DNA of 64,000 bases from a bacterium (GTDB lineage Bacteria > Patescibacteriota > Microgenomatia > UBA12405): the NCBI GenBank assembly GCA_021817905.1, contig JAKAFM010000001.1:3985-67984 (forward strand), in the 5' to 3' direction. This document shows positions 1 to 10,200 of the stretch, one piece after another. Every line of letters starts with the position of its first letter. The stretch's first letter is position 1. The translations under genes were made by a program, and so were the position numbers. The notes under the pieces were generated by a model. That model ran no database searches. It was not told the origin of the DNA and saw nothing but the letters and a program-made list of their open reading frames with translations.

Positions 1-78
1 ACAAACCAACTGTCAAATGAAGATCTGAAGCTTTATTAGCCACTGCTAAATCCAATAGTTGTTTGATTTTTGTATGCA
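1..78 (-). CDS. pilT: Twitching-motility ATPase PilT, N-terminal fragment; the gene continues beyond the window start
   Basis: The reverse-complement of bases 1-78 translates to MHTKIKQLLDLAVANKASDLHLTVGL, which matches the conserved PilT N-terminus (ASDLHL). It lies immediately downstream of pilB on the same strand. Confidence 0.55.
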
Positions 79-81
79 TAA

Positions 82-1821
82 TTAATATTGCGCCACCCGC
101 AAGACTTCTTCAATAGTAGTAATATTTTCCAAAACTTTAACATAACCATCTTGTTTCATCGTCAACATTCCTTCCTCCATTGCCAACTTTTGCAATGCTG
201 AGGAGGGGGCTTTTTCCACCACCAGTTTACTCAGTTTTTCCGATATCGGCATCACTTCATAAATAGCAATACGTCCTAAGTATCCAGTATTATTACACTG
301 ATCACACCCCTTAACTTTAGCCAACGTCATAGCTTTACCTTCACTTTTCCATTTTTCCTCAACCGATTCATATATTGGTCCCAACACCTGCTTCATATCG
401 GCCACTACCTCTGGGGGAATAGGTATTTGTTCAACACACGTTTTACACACTTTACGCAACACCCGCTGTCCCACTACACAATTAAGAGACGATACTAATA
501 GAAACGGCTCAACCCCCATATCCAACATCCGCGGTGGCACTCCAGAAGCATCATTGGTATGCAAAGTTGAAAACACCAAATGCCCGGTAAGTGAAGCATT
601 GATTGCCAATTCTGCTGTTTCTGTATCCCGAATTTCCCCAACCATAATGACATTAGGATCCTGACGCAAAAAAGACCTCATTGCCGAAGCAAACGACAAT
701 CCTGCCTGATTGTTAACTTGCACTTGATTGACTCCTTTAATTTGATATTCCACCGGGTCCTCAATCGTCATCACATTTACTGTTGGTTTTGCCACAATAT
801 CGAGAACCGAATAAAGCGTCGTAGTTTTTCCAGAACCAGTTGGTCCACAGACAATAATAATGCCATGAGGTCTAGCAATAGCATCCATTAAATTTTTAAG
901 TGCTCGACCTCTCAACCCTAAATCCTGCAAAGTCGGTACTTTTATCGACTTTTGCAATAACCGCATTACCACCTTCTCTCCATAAGTAGTTGGCACAGTT
1001 GATACCCGCAAATCAACATCACGGCCATCGACCGAAAAGAAAAAACGTCCGTCTTGTGGTACCCGCTTTTCATCAATCTTCAAATTGGACAAAATCTTTA
1101 TTCTTGAAACAACCGCGTCGTGAACATTGCGGGGTAAAATATATTTCTCCTGCAAAATACCATCAATACGATATCTGATCCGTACATTATCCTCCTGCGG
1201 TTCAATATGAATATCCGATGCCCGCGACTTCATGGCAAACTCCAAAATCGTCGAAACTATTTTTGCCACCGGAGCCTCAGCGGTAACTTTTTGCCTGCTC
1301 TCCGACAGCGCTTTCTCCTCGTCTTTATGTTCGTCAAGCGCTTTTGTTACTTCAGAGGTAATACTCTTTTCCCGTTCGTATTTTTCTTTTATAGCCTCAT
1401 CAATTTGTCGAGGCATAGCCATCGCCGTTTTAATTTTAAAGCTTGTTTTCTTTTCCAAAAATTCGACGGTTTCTAAGTCAACCGGATTCACCATGGCCAC
1501 CGACAAGGTTTTATTTTTGGTATCAATATCGTAAGGGACCAAATGATATCGCTCGGCTACACTTTCGGGAACCAATGCCAATGATTCCGGAGCAAATCCT
1601 ACTTTCTCCAGATCAATAAAAGGGACCCGTAAAAAATCAGCCTTTGCTTCGACTAATTCACGATCAGTTACCAACCTAAGTGCCCGCAAAATTGATTCTT
1701 CTGACTCGCCTGTTTTAAGCTGCCGTAAAGCCACCTCATCAGCTTTGGTCTGGTTAATCAATTCTCGATCAACCAAAACTTCTCGTAGACTCTTATAGAC
1801 CTTGGGGGCAGAATCAGTCAT
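82..1821 (-). CDS. pilB: Type IV pilus assembly ATPase PilB / GspE family
   Basis: 579 aa. Walker A motif GPTGSGKTTT. Carries the GspE/PilB N-terminal domain and the C-terminal tetracysteine motif CxxC...CxxC. Confidence 0.9.
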   Translation of the reverse strand: MTDSAPKVYKSLREVLVDRELINQTKADEVALRQLKTGESEESILRALRLVTDRELVEAKADFLRVPFIDLEKVGFAPESLALVPESVAERYHLVPYDIDTKNKTLSVAMVNPVDLETVEFLEKKTSFKIKTAMAMPRQIDEAIKEKYEREKSITSEVTKALDEHKDEEKALSESRQKVTAEAPVAKIVSTILEFAMKSRASDIHIEPQEDNVRIRYRIDGILQEKYILPRNVHDAVVSRIKILSNLKIDEKRVPQDGRFFFSVDGRDVDLRVSTVPTTYGEKVVMRLLQKSIKVPTLQDLGLRGRALKNLMDAIARPHGIIIVCGPTGSGKTTTLYSVLDIVAKPTVNVMTIEDPVEYQIKGVNQVQVNNQAGLSFASAMRSFLRQDPNVIMVGEIRDTETAELAINASLTGHLVFSTLHTNDASGVPPRMLDMGVEPFLLVSSLNCVVGQRVLRKVCKTCVEQIPIPPEVVADMKQVLGPIYESVEEKWKSEGKAMTLAKVKGCDQCNNTGYLGRIAIYEVMPISEKLSKLVVEKAPSSALQKLAMEEGMLTMKQDGYVKVLENITTIEEVLRVAQY

Positions 1822-1851
1822 AATCTAGTATCATAGTAATCAAACGACAGT

Positions 1852-2499
1852 ATGATTGCAACAAATCTTTTTCCATCCACCATCATTACCAACGCTGATT
1901 CAAGCCAAAGAAGTGAGTTTTTGCACCAGATACTTAAAAGTCTCGACAATCTTCCCTCAGCAAATAATCCTGATGTTTTTGCCATCAACGACCAATCAGG
2001 GTGGGGAATCGATATTGTTCGCCAACTCATCAAATTCTTTACCCTTAAACCGGTAAACCACAACTCAAAAGTTGGCATCATTTATGATGCCCAGAACTTA
2101 GAAATTGCTGCCCAAAATGCTTTACTAAAAATCCTTGAGGAGCCACCGGCAAACTGTTATCTTATTCTCCTTGTTACCAATGCCAACAACCTGATTACCA
2201 CCATCAAATCGCGGTGCCAGATTATGCAGTTACCCACTGCAACCTCCAATCAAACTTCACTCGAAATTCAACCATCGGCTAATCTTATTAATAATTTTGC
2301 CATTGTTGATGATATTTTGGGTAGGTTTTCTAAACCCGATATTATTGTATGGCTCGATAATCAAATGATTTGCGCACAACAACAATTAATTATTGGGAAA
2401 ATTGGCCCAGAGATACTAACCAAAATTATAAAATCACGCGCCATGATTACTGCCAACGTCGACCCCCGTTCAGCACTCGATTGGCTCTACCTAAGTTAA
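1852..2499 (+). CDS. holB: DNA polymerase III delta-prime subunit (clamp-loader AAA+ protein)
   Basis: Motifs LLKILEEPP and TIKSRCQ are typical of delta-prime and gamma clamp-loader subunits. The protein is short at 215 aa. Confidence 0.65.
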   Translation: MIATNLFPSTIITNADSSQRSEFLHQILKSLDNLPSANNPDVFAINDQSGWGIDIVRQLIKFFTLKPVNHNSKVGIIYDAQNLEIAAQNALLKILEEPPANCYLILLVTNANNLITTIKSRCQIMQLPTATSNQTSLEIQPSANLINNFAIVDDILGRFSKPDIIVWLDNQMICAQQQLIIGKIGPEILTKIIKSRAMITANVDPRSALDWLYLS

Positions 2500-2554
2500 T
2501 TAACCGCACTTTCCCCTCACACAAAACTTTTTTTGGTGTATAATCGTTTTACCA

Positions 2555-3688
2555 ATGTTTTACCCGATCTTCTCAATTAACAACCAGATTTTGAAAAATA
2601 TCGGAGGCATCGAAGGAGCCAAAGCTGTCATTGATGATTCGCCCTTGGTTCCCGCCTATGAAAAACAGTTTCAGCAGGATGCTATTGTTCGCACTGTCCA
2701 CTTTGGAACTCGCATTGAAGGTAACGATTTAACGTTTCAGGAAGTTGCCAAACTAGTTGAAGGGCGGCAAATCACTGCTAGTCAGCGCGATATTCAAGAA
2801 GTCATCAACTATCGAAATGTTATGTCATACCTTGAAGAATTATGGGCTCTTTATGATGCCAATATGCCTCTTCCTGAAGAAAAAACGGTACCTAATTTCG
2901 AAGATAAAGCTCATCGGCCATTTTACTACAGCGAAACCATACTTAAAAAAATTCATGCCCTAACCACCGACAAAGTCATTCCCGACGGTGAACTAGGCAA
3001 ATACCGCCACCAACAAGTTGTCCTCAAAAACACCCGCACCGGTGAAATTGCCCACCGACCTCCCCCAGCCATCGAAGTACCCTACCTCGTTGCTGATTTC
3101 ATTGCCTGGCTTAATCACTCCACCTCACGGGACATACATCCGGCTATTAGAGCTGCCATCACCCAATACATTCTTGTTGCTATTCACCCTTTCATTGAGG
3201 GCAATGGACGTGTCAGTCGGGCATTTGGCCTATTACCACTTTATGTTGAAGGTTACGATATTCGCCGTTTATTTTCACTCGAAGAATATTTCGACCGTAA
3301 CGCCGAAAGTTACTATAACACTATCCAAGAAACCCATCTTAAAGCCTCTGATATTTTTAAGCGTGACATGACCACCTGGATCGAATACTACACCCAAGCC
3401 TTGGCCATTGAGTTAATCCGGGTTAAAGAAAAAGTCCAAGCCTTATCTCGCGACATTAAACTTAAACAAAAGTTAGGTGGCAAGCAGATCCCATTAAGTG
3501 ACCGCCAAATTAAATTAGTTGAATTTATGCAACAGTTCGGTGGACTACGTATGCCGGACGCCAAAGAACTTTTCCCCATGATTTCCGACGATACTATCTG
3601 GCGCGATCTCAAAAAACTAATTGATGACGGTGTGGTTGAAAAAAGAGGCTCAACCAAAGGTGCCTATTACTGTCTAGTCAACGCCTAA
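2555..3688 (+). CDS. Fic family protein (class II, N-terminal inhibitory helix) with a C-terminal winged-helix domain
   Basis: Canonical Fic motif HPFIEGNGRVSR. The N-terminal segment TRIEGN resembles the (S/T)xxxE(G/N) inhibitory motif. Confidence 0.85.
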   Translation: MFYPIFSINNQILKNIGGIEGAKAVIDDSPLVPAYEKQFQQDAIVRTVHFGTRIEGNDLTFQEVAKLVEGRQITASQRDIQEVINYRNVMSYLEELWALYDANMPLPEEKTVPNFEDKAHRPFYYSETILKKIHALTTDKVIPDGELGKYRHQQVVLKNTRTGEIAHRPPPAIEVPYLVADFIAWLNHSTSRDIHPAIRAAITQYILVAIHPFIEGNGRVSRAFGLLPLYVEGYDIRRLFSLEEYFDRNAESYYNTIQETHLKASDIFKRDMTTWIEYYTQALAIELIRVKEKVQALSRDIKLKQKLGGKQIPLSDRQIKLVEFMQQFGGLRMPDAKELFPMISDDTIWRDLKKLIDDGVVEKRGSTKGAYYCLVNA

Positions 3689-4465
3689 AATCTTTTGGAA
3701 CTTACCAACATACTCGCGTGCATACTTTTTAAGCATTTTTACAATCTGGTAATTATTAATTTTTTTAAGCGCTTTTTCCCAACTCACCCAATCACGCACT
3801 GACTTCAGACTCTCAAGTTGTTCACGGATATCATCACTCAATATTCCTTTAATTTTTGCCTTTTCCATGGCTATTTCTACTCCTTCTTTGATATATTGCC
3901 AACTTGCCTCGCTAAGAGCCATCTTTTCGTATTTTTCCAAATGAATAACGTTCATGTTAACTACTTTCCACTGATCAAAAACACTATTAAGGTAAGTTTC
4001 CACTCCCAACCGACTCGCCTCTATATGAGCTAAATGCGGCAACAAATCATTTCTAAAATATGCCCGTTCACCGGTTAAATTAGAAAATAATTGCGATTTA
4101 TTTTTGAATCCGCCCAATACTACCTTGGCACGATGAGTCGTCAGCGGTTTTGCCAAGGCCTCAACCTCTGTCGCATTCAAATTTATCAAATCACTATCAC
4201 AAAAAATAACGATATCTCCTTTAGCCTGTTTCACCCCGGCCGCCATCGCTGCCCCCTTACCTCGATTTTTACGAAACGAAATTATTCGCAATTTTTTCCG
4301 GGAACAACTACTTAACTGTCCCAAACTTCCATCGGTGGAACCATCATTAATAGCAATTATTTCGTCAATTTTATCACCCAAACATAATGCTTCCACCACC
4401 CCCTTAACCGTCTTTTCTTCGTTATATACCGGAACAATAACTGTCAACTTAAAACCTGCAATCAT
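3674..4465 (-). CDS. Family 2 glycosyltransferase (DPM1-like)
   Basis: VIVPVYNEE...INDGSTDGS...CDSDL: the DxD and GT-A fold motifs. Confidence 0.8.
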   Translation of the reverse strand: MIAGFKLTVIVPVYNEEKTVKGVVEALCLGDKIDEIIAINDGSTDGSLGQLSSCSRKKLRIISFRKNRGKGAAMAAGVKQAKGDIVIFCDSDLINLNATEVEALAKPLTTHRAKVVLGGFKNKSQLFSNLTGERAYFRNDLLPHLAHIEASRLGVETYLNSVFDQWKVVNMNVIHLEKYEKMALSEASWQYIKEGVEIAMEKAKIKGILSDDIREQLESLKSVRDWVSWEKALKKINNYQIVKMLKKYAREYVGKFQKILGVD

Positions 4466-4485
4466 TAGCTCTATAATAGCAAAGG

Positions 4486-6444
4486 ATGACCTACTACAAC
4501 TTAAGCGATTTTAACCTCGACACTCTTTCTCCCAACATTTTGGGCGAAATACTTATCGAAGCCAAAAAAGCTTACTACACTACCGGCAAACCGATTATGG
4601 ACGATCACACCTATGACACGTTGGAAACTATTCTAAAACAAAAAAACCCCTACCATCGCCTCTTTAAAAAAGTCGGTCATCAAAACTTTGATACCGGCTT
4701 TGATAAAAAAAATCATCAAATGGCCATGGGATCCGAAAACAAAGTTACTACCTACGAAGAACTTAAAAAATATTTTGAACTAAAAAAAATTCCGCCCACT
4801 ACCGATTTTGTTGTCCAACCAAAATGTGACGGCATTTCTCTTGAAATAATCTACCAAAACGGTCAGCTTGTCGAAGCCATTACTCGGGGAGACGGTTTTA
4901 TTGGCGACATTATTACCCAAAATGTGATCAAGATGCAAAACGTAGTCATCAATTTACCCCAAAAATTCACCGGTTCTGTCCGTACTGAAATTGTAGTTAC
5001 TACCCGAGACTTTATAAAACTCAATCAACAGGTCAAATCCGAGGATGCGTATTCCAATCCTCGCAACGCTGCCTCAGGATTAGCCCAACGTCTTGATGGT
5101 CAATATGCAGAATTTTGCAGCCTCTATGCAGTTGATATGATGAGCAAAAACCCTCCATGGGACAATTCCACTGAATCAGAAAAAATAAATAAGCTGTCTT
5201 CTCTGGGATTTACCACCGTCGAATCTCATCTTTGTCATACCTTTACCGACATCGAAAAAATCTATCAACTTTTTTTAACCACCAAACGACAAACCTACCC
5301 CTACGAAATTGACGGGTTAGTTATAAAAATCAACAATCTCAAGCTACAAGAAGAACTGGGCCGTCTCAATAATCGCCCCAAAGGCCAAGTTGCCTATAAA
5401 TTTCCCGCCAGTAGCAATCTCAGTCGAATTATCGCTATTGACTGGCAAGTCGGCCCCTTAGGAACCATCACCCCTGTTGCCCAAATAGAACCGGTCGAAA
5501 TTTCCGGCGCTATTATTACCTATGCCTCACTGGCTAACCTCGACTTAATCAAAGAAAAAAACATCAATCTTAACGATATCGTCAAAATTAGCCGCCGCGG
5601 CGATGTTATTCCCCACATCGAAACCGTAGTCACCAAAGTTACCCCGGGTTTTATAAAACCACCCACCCTATGCCCTGAATGCCACACCACCCTGATTCAA
5701 GACCATAAATTTCTTAAATGTCCCAACCCTGTCTGCCCCGCCCAAACCCTTGGTTTACTTAGACTCTTTTGCTCCGTCCTTGATATCAAAGGTATTTCCG
5801 AAAAAACTATCGCCAAATTAATCACCGCCGGCAAAATTAATCACCCTGGAGATTTTTATAAACTAACGGTCGCTGATTTTAATAACCTAGAAGGCTTAGG
5901 AGAAAAATCAGGGACTAACATTGTTCATCAAATTCAGTCCAAACGTGAACTCGATCTGGAGACCATCTTTCATGCAGCCGCCATTCCTCATTTTTCTCAT
6001 GCCCGGATCAGACAACTTATTAGCGCTGGCTTTAACACCCCGACCAAACTACTCAATATCTCCATCGAACAACTTGAAACCCTTCCCGGCATCCAAATTA
6101 CCCTCGCCAACAAAATTTACAACGGTATTCACCTACGTCGTACTAATATCGAGTCTATTTTATCCCACGTAACTATTAAGAATTTGAAATTAGAAATTAG
6201 AAATTTGACATTGGCTGGTTTATCTTTTGCCATTACCGGTCAGCTTTCTCAACCCCGTCCAAAAATACAATCAGTGATTGAAGCCGCCGGTGGCAAGATA
6301 GCCAACACCATTACCAAAACGACTTCCTACTTGGTTACCAATGAAACAGACTCGGATTCCTCAAAATTCCTTGCTGCTAAAAAATTTAATATCCCCATCA
6401 TTACCGAAGAAAAACTTTATAAATTTATCAAAATAGCAGAATAG
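4486..6444 (+). CDS. ligA: NAD-dependent DNA ligase
   Basis: KxDG adenylation motif (KCDGISL). Zn-finger CPECHTTL...C. C-terminal BRCT domain. 652 aa. Confidence 0.95.
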   Translation: MTYYNLSDFNLDTLSPNILGEILIEAKKAYYTTGKPIMDDHTYDTLETILKQKNPYHRLFKKVGHQNFDTGFDKKNHQMAMGSENKVTTYEELKKYFELKKIPPTTDFVVQPKCDGISLEIIYQNGQLVEAITRGDGFIGDIITQNVIKMQNVVINLPQKFTGSVRTEIVVTTRDFIKLNQQVKSEDAYSNPRNAASGLAQRLDGQYAEFCSLYAVDMMSKNPPWDNSTESEKINKLSSLGFTTVESHLCHTFTDIEKIYQLFLTTKRQTYPYEIDGLVIKINNLKLQEELGRLNNRPKGQVAYKFPASSNLSRIIAIDWQVGPLGTITPVAQIEPVEISGAIITYASLANLDLIKEKNINLNDIVKISRRGDVIPHIETVVTKVTPGFIKPPTLCPECHTTLIQDHKFLKCPNPVCPAQTLGLLRLFCSVLDIKGISEKTIAKLITAGKINHPGDFYKLTVADFNNLEGLGEKSGTNIVHQIQSKRELDLETIFHAAAIPHFSHARIRQLISAGFNTPTKLLNISIEQLETLPGIQITLANKIYNGIHLRRTNIESILSHVTIKNLKLEIRNLTLAGLSFAITGQLSQPRPKIQSVIEAAGGKIANTITKTTSYLVTNETDSDSSKFLAAKKFNIPIITEEKLYKFIKIAE

Positions 6445-6547
6445 ACAGTAGACTGCTAATAAATCGACAAAATTACATTATGCCTATAAATAGGAAATTT
6501 ATCAATATATAACAAACAATATCAATTAATATCATATATACTACACT

Positions 6548-7066
6548 ATGCAACTGATTATTGGATTAGGCAATCCAGACAAGGACTATCAATTCACCCG
6601 ACACAATCTAGGTCATCAAGTAATCTCCCGTCTTTCTGTTAAGCTACAAACAAAGCTGACCTCTCAACCAAAATTTAATGCCAATTTATCTAAAGTCAAA
6701 AATACTCTTTTAGGGATCACCACCGAATACATGAACAACTCAGGGCTTTCTGTCCAAAAAATACTTAATTACTACAAAATTGAACCTCAGAACCTCTATC
6801 TTATTCATGATGATTTAGATTTAGGAGTAGGGGAGTGGAAGAAGCAATTTGACCGGGGCCCCGCTGGCCACAACGGGGTTATCTCCACCATCAACCACAT
6901 TCAAACCCAACAATTTTGGCGCTACCGCCTTGGTATTGGCCATCCCGAAGGCAATATGCCCGTCGAATCCTATGTCCTCCAACCGTTCACCCCTAACGAA
7001 AAAGTGATAATCGACCAAACCATTGATAAAATAGTTGAGGACTTAATTGCCCTTATTGATACTTAA
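6548..7066 (+). CDS. pth: Peptidyl-tRNA hydrolase
   Basis: N-terminus MQLIIGLGNP...YxxTRHNxG is diagnostic for Pth. Confidence 0.9.
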   Translation: MQLIIGLGNPDKDYQFTRHNLGHQVISRLSVKLQTKLTSQPKFNANLSKVKNTLLGITTEYMNNSGLSVQKILNYYKIEPQNLYLIHDDLDLGVGEWKKQFDRGPAGHNGVISTINHIQTQQFWRYRLGIGHPEGNMPVESYVLQPFTPNEKVIIDQTIDKIVEDLIALIDT

Positions 7067-7069
7067 AAG

Positions 7070-7140
7070 GGGCCCGTAGTTAAACGGTATAACACGTCAT
7101 TCGCATTGACGCATTAGGAGTTCAATTCTCCTCGGGTCCA
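7070..7140 (+). tRNA. tRNA-Ala (anticodon CGC)
   Basis: Cloverleaf folds by hand: acceptor GGGCCCG/CGGGTCC with the G3:U70 alanine identity pair, anticodon loop TTCGCAT, T-loop TTCAATT. CCA is not encoded. Confidence 0.8.
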
Positions 7141-7208
7141 CTCTGCATTAGCACAAAGTCCGTGAGCTTTAGCGAAACGGATTGCAGAAAGGGCGGTTCG
7201 ACTCCGCC

Positions 7209-10200
7209 ATGGTCCACCCCATTTTTTATTCCTATGGATATAATGGTATAGTGAAGCGATTTTCTAAACTTTTAGCAGTAACCCTTATTCTAATTTTGGG
7301 AAGTTTTTTAGCCTATCGGCTTATTACTCAGTCACGACCTGTCCAGGCCGATTGGTACAACGATTCCTGGGCCTTTCGTAATGCTCTGCCTATAACCAGC
7401 CATTCTGTTGGCGAAACTAACGTTTATATCGTCGCCACGCTCAACATCAGTGCCACCGCCAACGCCCAGACTAACGATGCCGATATTCGCATTACCAAAA
7501 CAAACGGTGAAGTTTTACCCTATTACTTTGTCTCCGGAGTCGGCACCACCTCCATTGTCGTTCATGTTTTAATTGATAATTTTCCGGCTGGAGCTCAAAC
7601 ATTGTATTACTACTATGGCAACCCTAGCGCTCGGCCAATGGTCAGCCAAACTGATTTTTCCACTCTTGCCAGCAGCTACACCATCGGCACCCTCGGCTCT
7701 CAAGAAAAATCACCCGGCCCCCTTGCCTACTGGAAATTTGATGAAGGTCAGGGTTCAGTAACCAGTGATTCCGTCTCCAACCATTACCTAACTTTTGGCA
7801 CAGGTAGTTCCGCGCCATCCTGGGCAACCGAAGATCAATGTGTCAGTGGCAAATGTCTTTACTTTAATGGCAACAATTATTTGGCCAGCTCCGAAACATT
7901 TAACAATGTCCAATCTGTTTCTTTTTGGGTCAACCCCAAAAATGCGACACAAGGATTTGCCCTACCCTCATTTTCCCCCAGTACTTTACTTACCGGATAC
8001 ACTGGAAGCAATGCCAATTATTGGATATTTGAAACTACCGCTTCTAAGAGAATTGCTCAGAGTTTTCAACTAGGCCAAACCTCACAAATAGCTCAAATCT
8101 CATTTTACGGCCACCGATCAACTATTAATCAAAATTGGACCGTTCAATCCGATATTGAAACCGATAATGCTGGAATTCCATCAGGAACTATTATTAGCAC
8201 TAGTGATTGTATGCCATTTAATAATCTTGACACCGCCAACAATGTTCCCATTACTTTTAACTACAGCACACCCCCAACTTTGACGGGCAACACAACTTAC
8301 CATGTCGTATTTAAAATTTATAATGATTCATCCTGTACTACAGAACAAACTGTAAAAGATACCCAAAATTATGTTTTTATTCGATACAACACTACTAATA
8401 CCTACACTTCAGGTAATGAATCACTTTATAGTTCTAGTGACGTATGGACTGCCCAAACAGGAGAAGATGTCGCCTTCAGCGTTACCTCTACCAATAATGT
8501 TGTTGATATCGGCTCTTCTTCTGGGCAAATCGTTACCACCGGATTTTCGTCACCAACTATCTACATTAATGGCATTCTCAAAACAACACTTAATCTCAAT
8601 CAATGGCAACTTGTTACCGTCACTACTGCCACTCCTTTTTCAGCCGTCAATCCTAGTCTTGGGCAGTCAAACACCGCTTTTGCCACTGCTTATATGGATA
8701 ACTATAAACTATATTCTTATCAACTGACTGCTAACCAGGTCAAAGCAGAATTTAATTCTAAGGGGATCACTACCAATAAAGGTTCAGCCGTTAATCTAGG
8801 ATCCAACAACCGTAATTCCGATGCGTTATCTCAAGGGTTGGTCGGATATTGGAAATTAGATGAAAACATCGGTACTTCCACACTTGATTCTTCAGGAAAC
8901 AATAATACCGCCGTCTTCGGTACCGGCACTTCCGCTCCAAGTTGGGCCTCTGGTAAATTTGGTATTGGCTTAAGTTTTAATACCAATGATTACGCTTCCA
9001 TCGGAAACACCATTACTATTAGCAGCTTTTCCCTTTGGTATTATCCTACTACCACCGCTCCTGCTTTCCTCGAATTCGACGCATCAACCAACATTGGTGC
9101 ATCAGCCTCCACCATCTACACTAATGGCATTTCCTCTCCGAAAATTTATATTGACGGTAACCCATCACTCTCAATTGGCACGACTAATACTTGGCACCAC
9201 TTAGTTGTAACTACCAGCTCAACCATTATCGGCTCGTTGATCAAATTTGGAAAAGCCGGTTCCTTTTTTCTAAACGGTCAACTTGACGATATCCATTTTT
9301 ACAACCGCACCCTCTCTCCTTTAGAAGTCCAATATCTTTACGGTTGGGCTCCGGGTCCGATTGGCTATTGGAATTTTAACGAAAATAATAATCTCAACAA
9401 TATTGCTAACGATATTTCTGGTAGTAACAATCCTTTCACACTTTACGGACCTCTCTATACTGCTGGGAAATATGGTTCATCCTTAAAATTTAATGGTACT
9501 AGTAGCTATGGCGTCACCTCATCTCCTCTCACTATACTTAACGGAAAAGGTGCTTTTACCGTCTCTGCTTGGATAAACCCCACTTTTGCATCCAACGCCT
9601 CCACACGCCCACTTCGTCACATTGCTGCTTTAGGTGGAAGTTATGGACCAAATCTCAACTTTATTGACAATGGCACCAAATATTATATTGACTGTAGTGT
9701 TTGGAATACTGCAGTAACCGGCATAAACGTAAACACCTCCTCCACCGGACTTCCCACCTGGTCTGCCAATACTTGGCATTATTATACTTGCCGCTATACT
9801 GGTAGCATCATTGAATTATACTGGGACGGACAACTCTTAGCATCATCCGCCGGCTCAGGAAACGTTCACAATAGTGACGGCCCCGCTTATTTAGGCTCTG
9901 TCAATAGTAGCTTAGAGTTTTGGTCAGGACTAATTGATGACCTTAAAATTTACGACTACCCCCGTACCCAAAAACAGATCATTGAAGACATGAATGCCGG
10001 CCACCCCGCTGCCAACCCCAATTCAATGCTTGCCTACTACAAATTTGATGAAGGTTATGGATCCATTGCTAATAATTCCACCAATAATGGTTCAGTACTC
10101 AACGGCACCCTCGGCCCTGGTTCTTCCGCTCCCACTTGGACCAATAATGGCAAATTTGGCCGAGCTCTAAGTTTTAGCTCTACTAACAATGGTCAATATG

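Noticed and set aside
7141-7219. Possible complete second tRNA immediately after tRNA-Ala
   Set aside because: Only a T-arm plus a 3' acceptor strand are present. The only possible 5' partner, GGGTCCA, is the 3' end of tRNA-Ala itself, and no D or anticodon arms can be drawn. It is kept as a fragment observation only.
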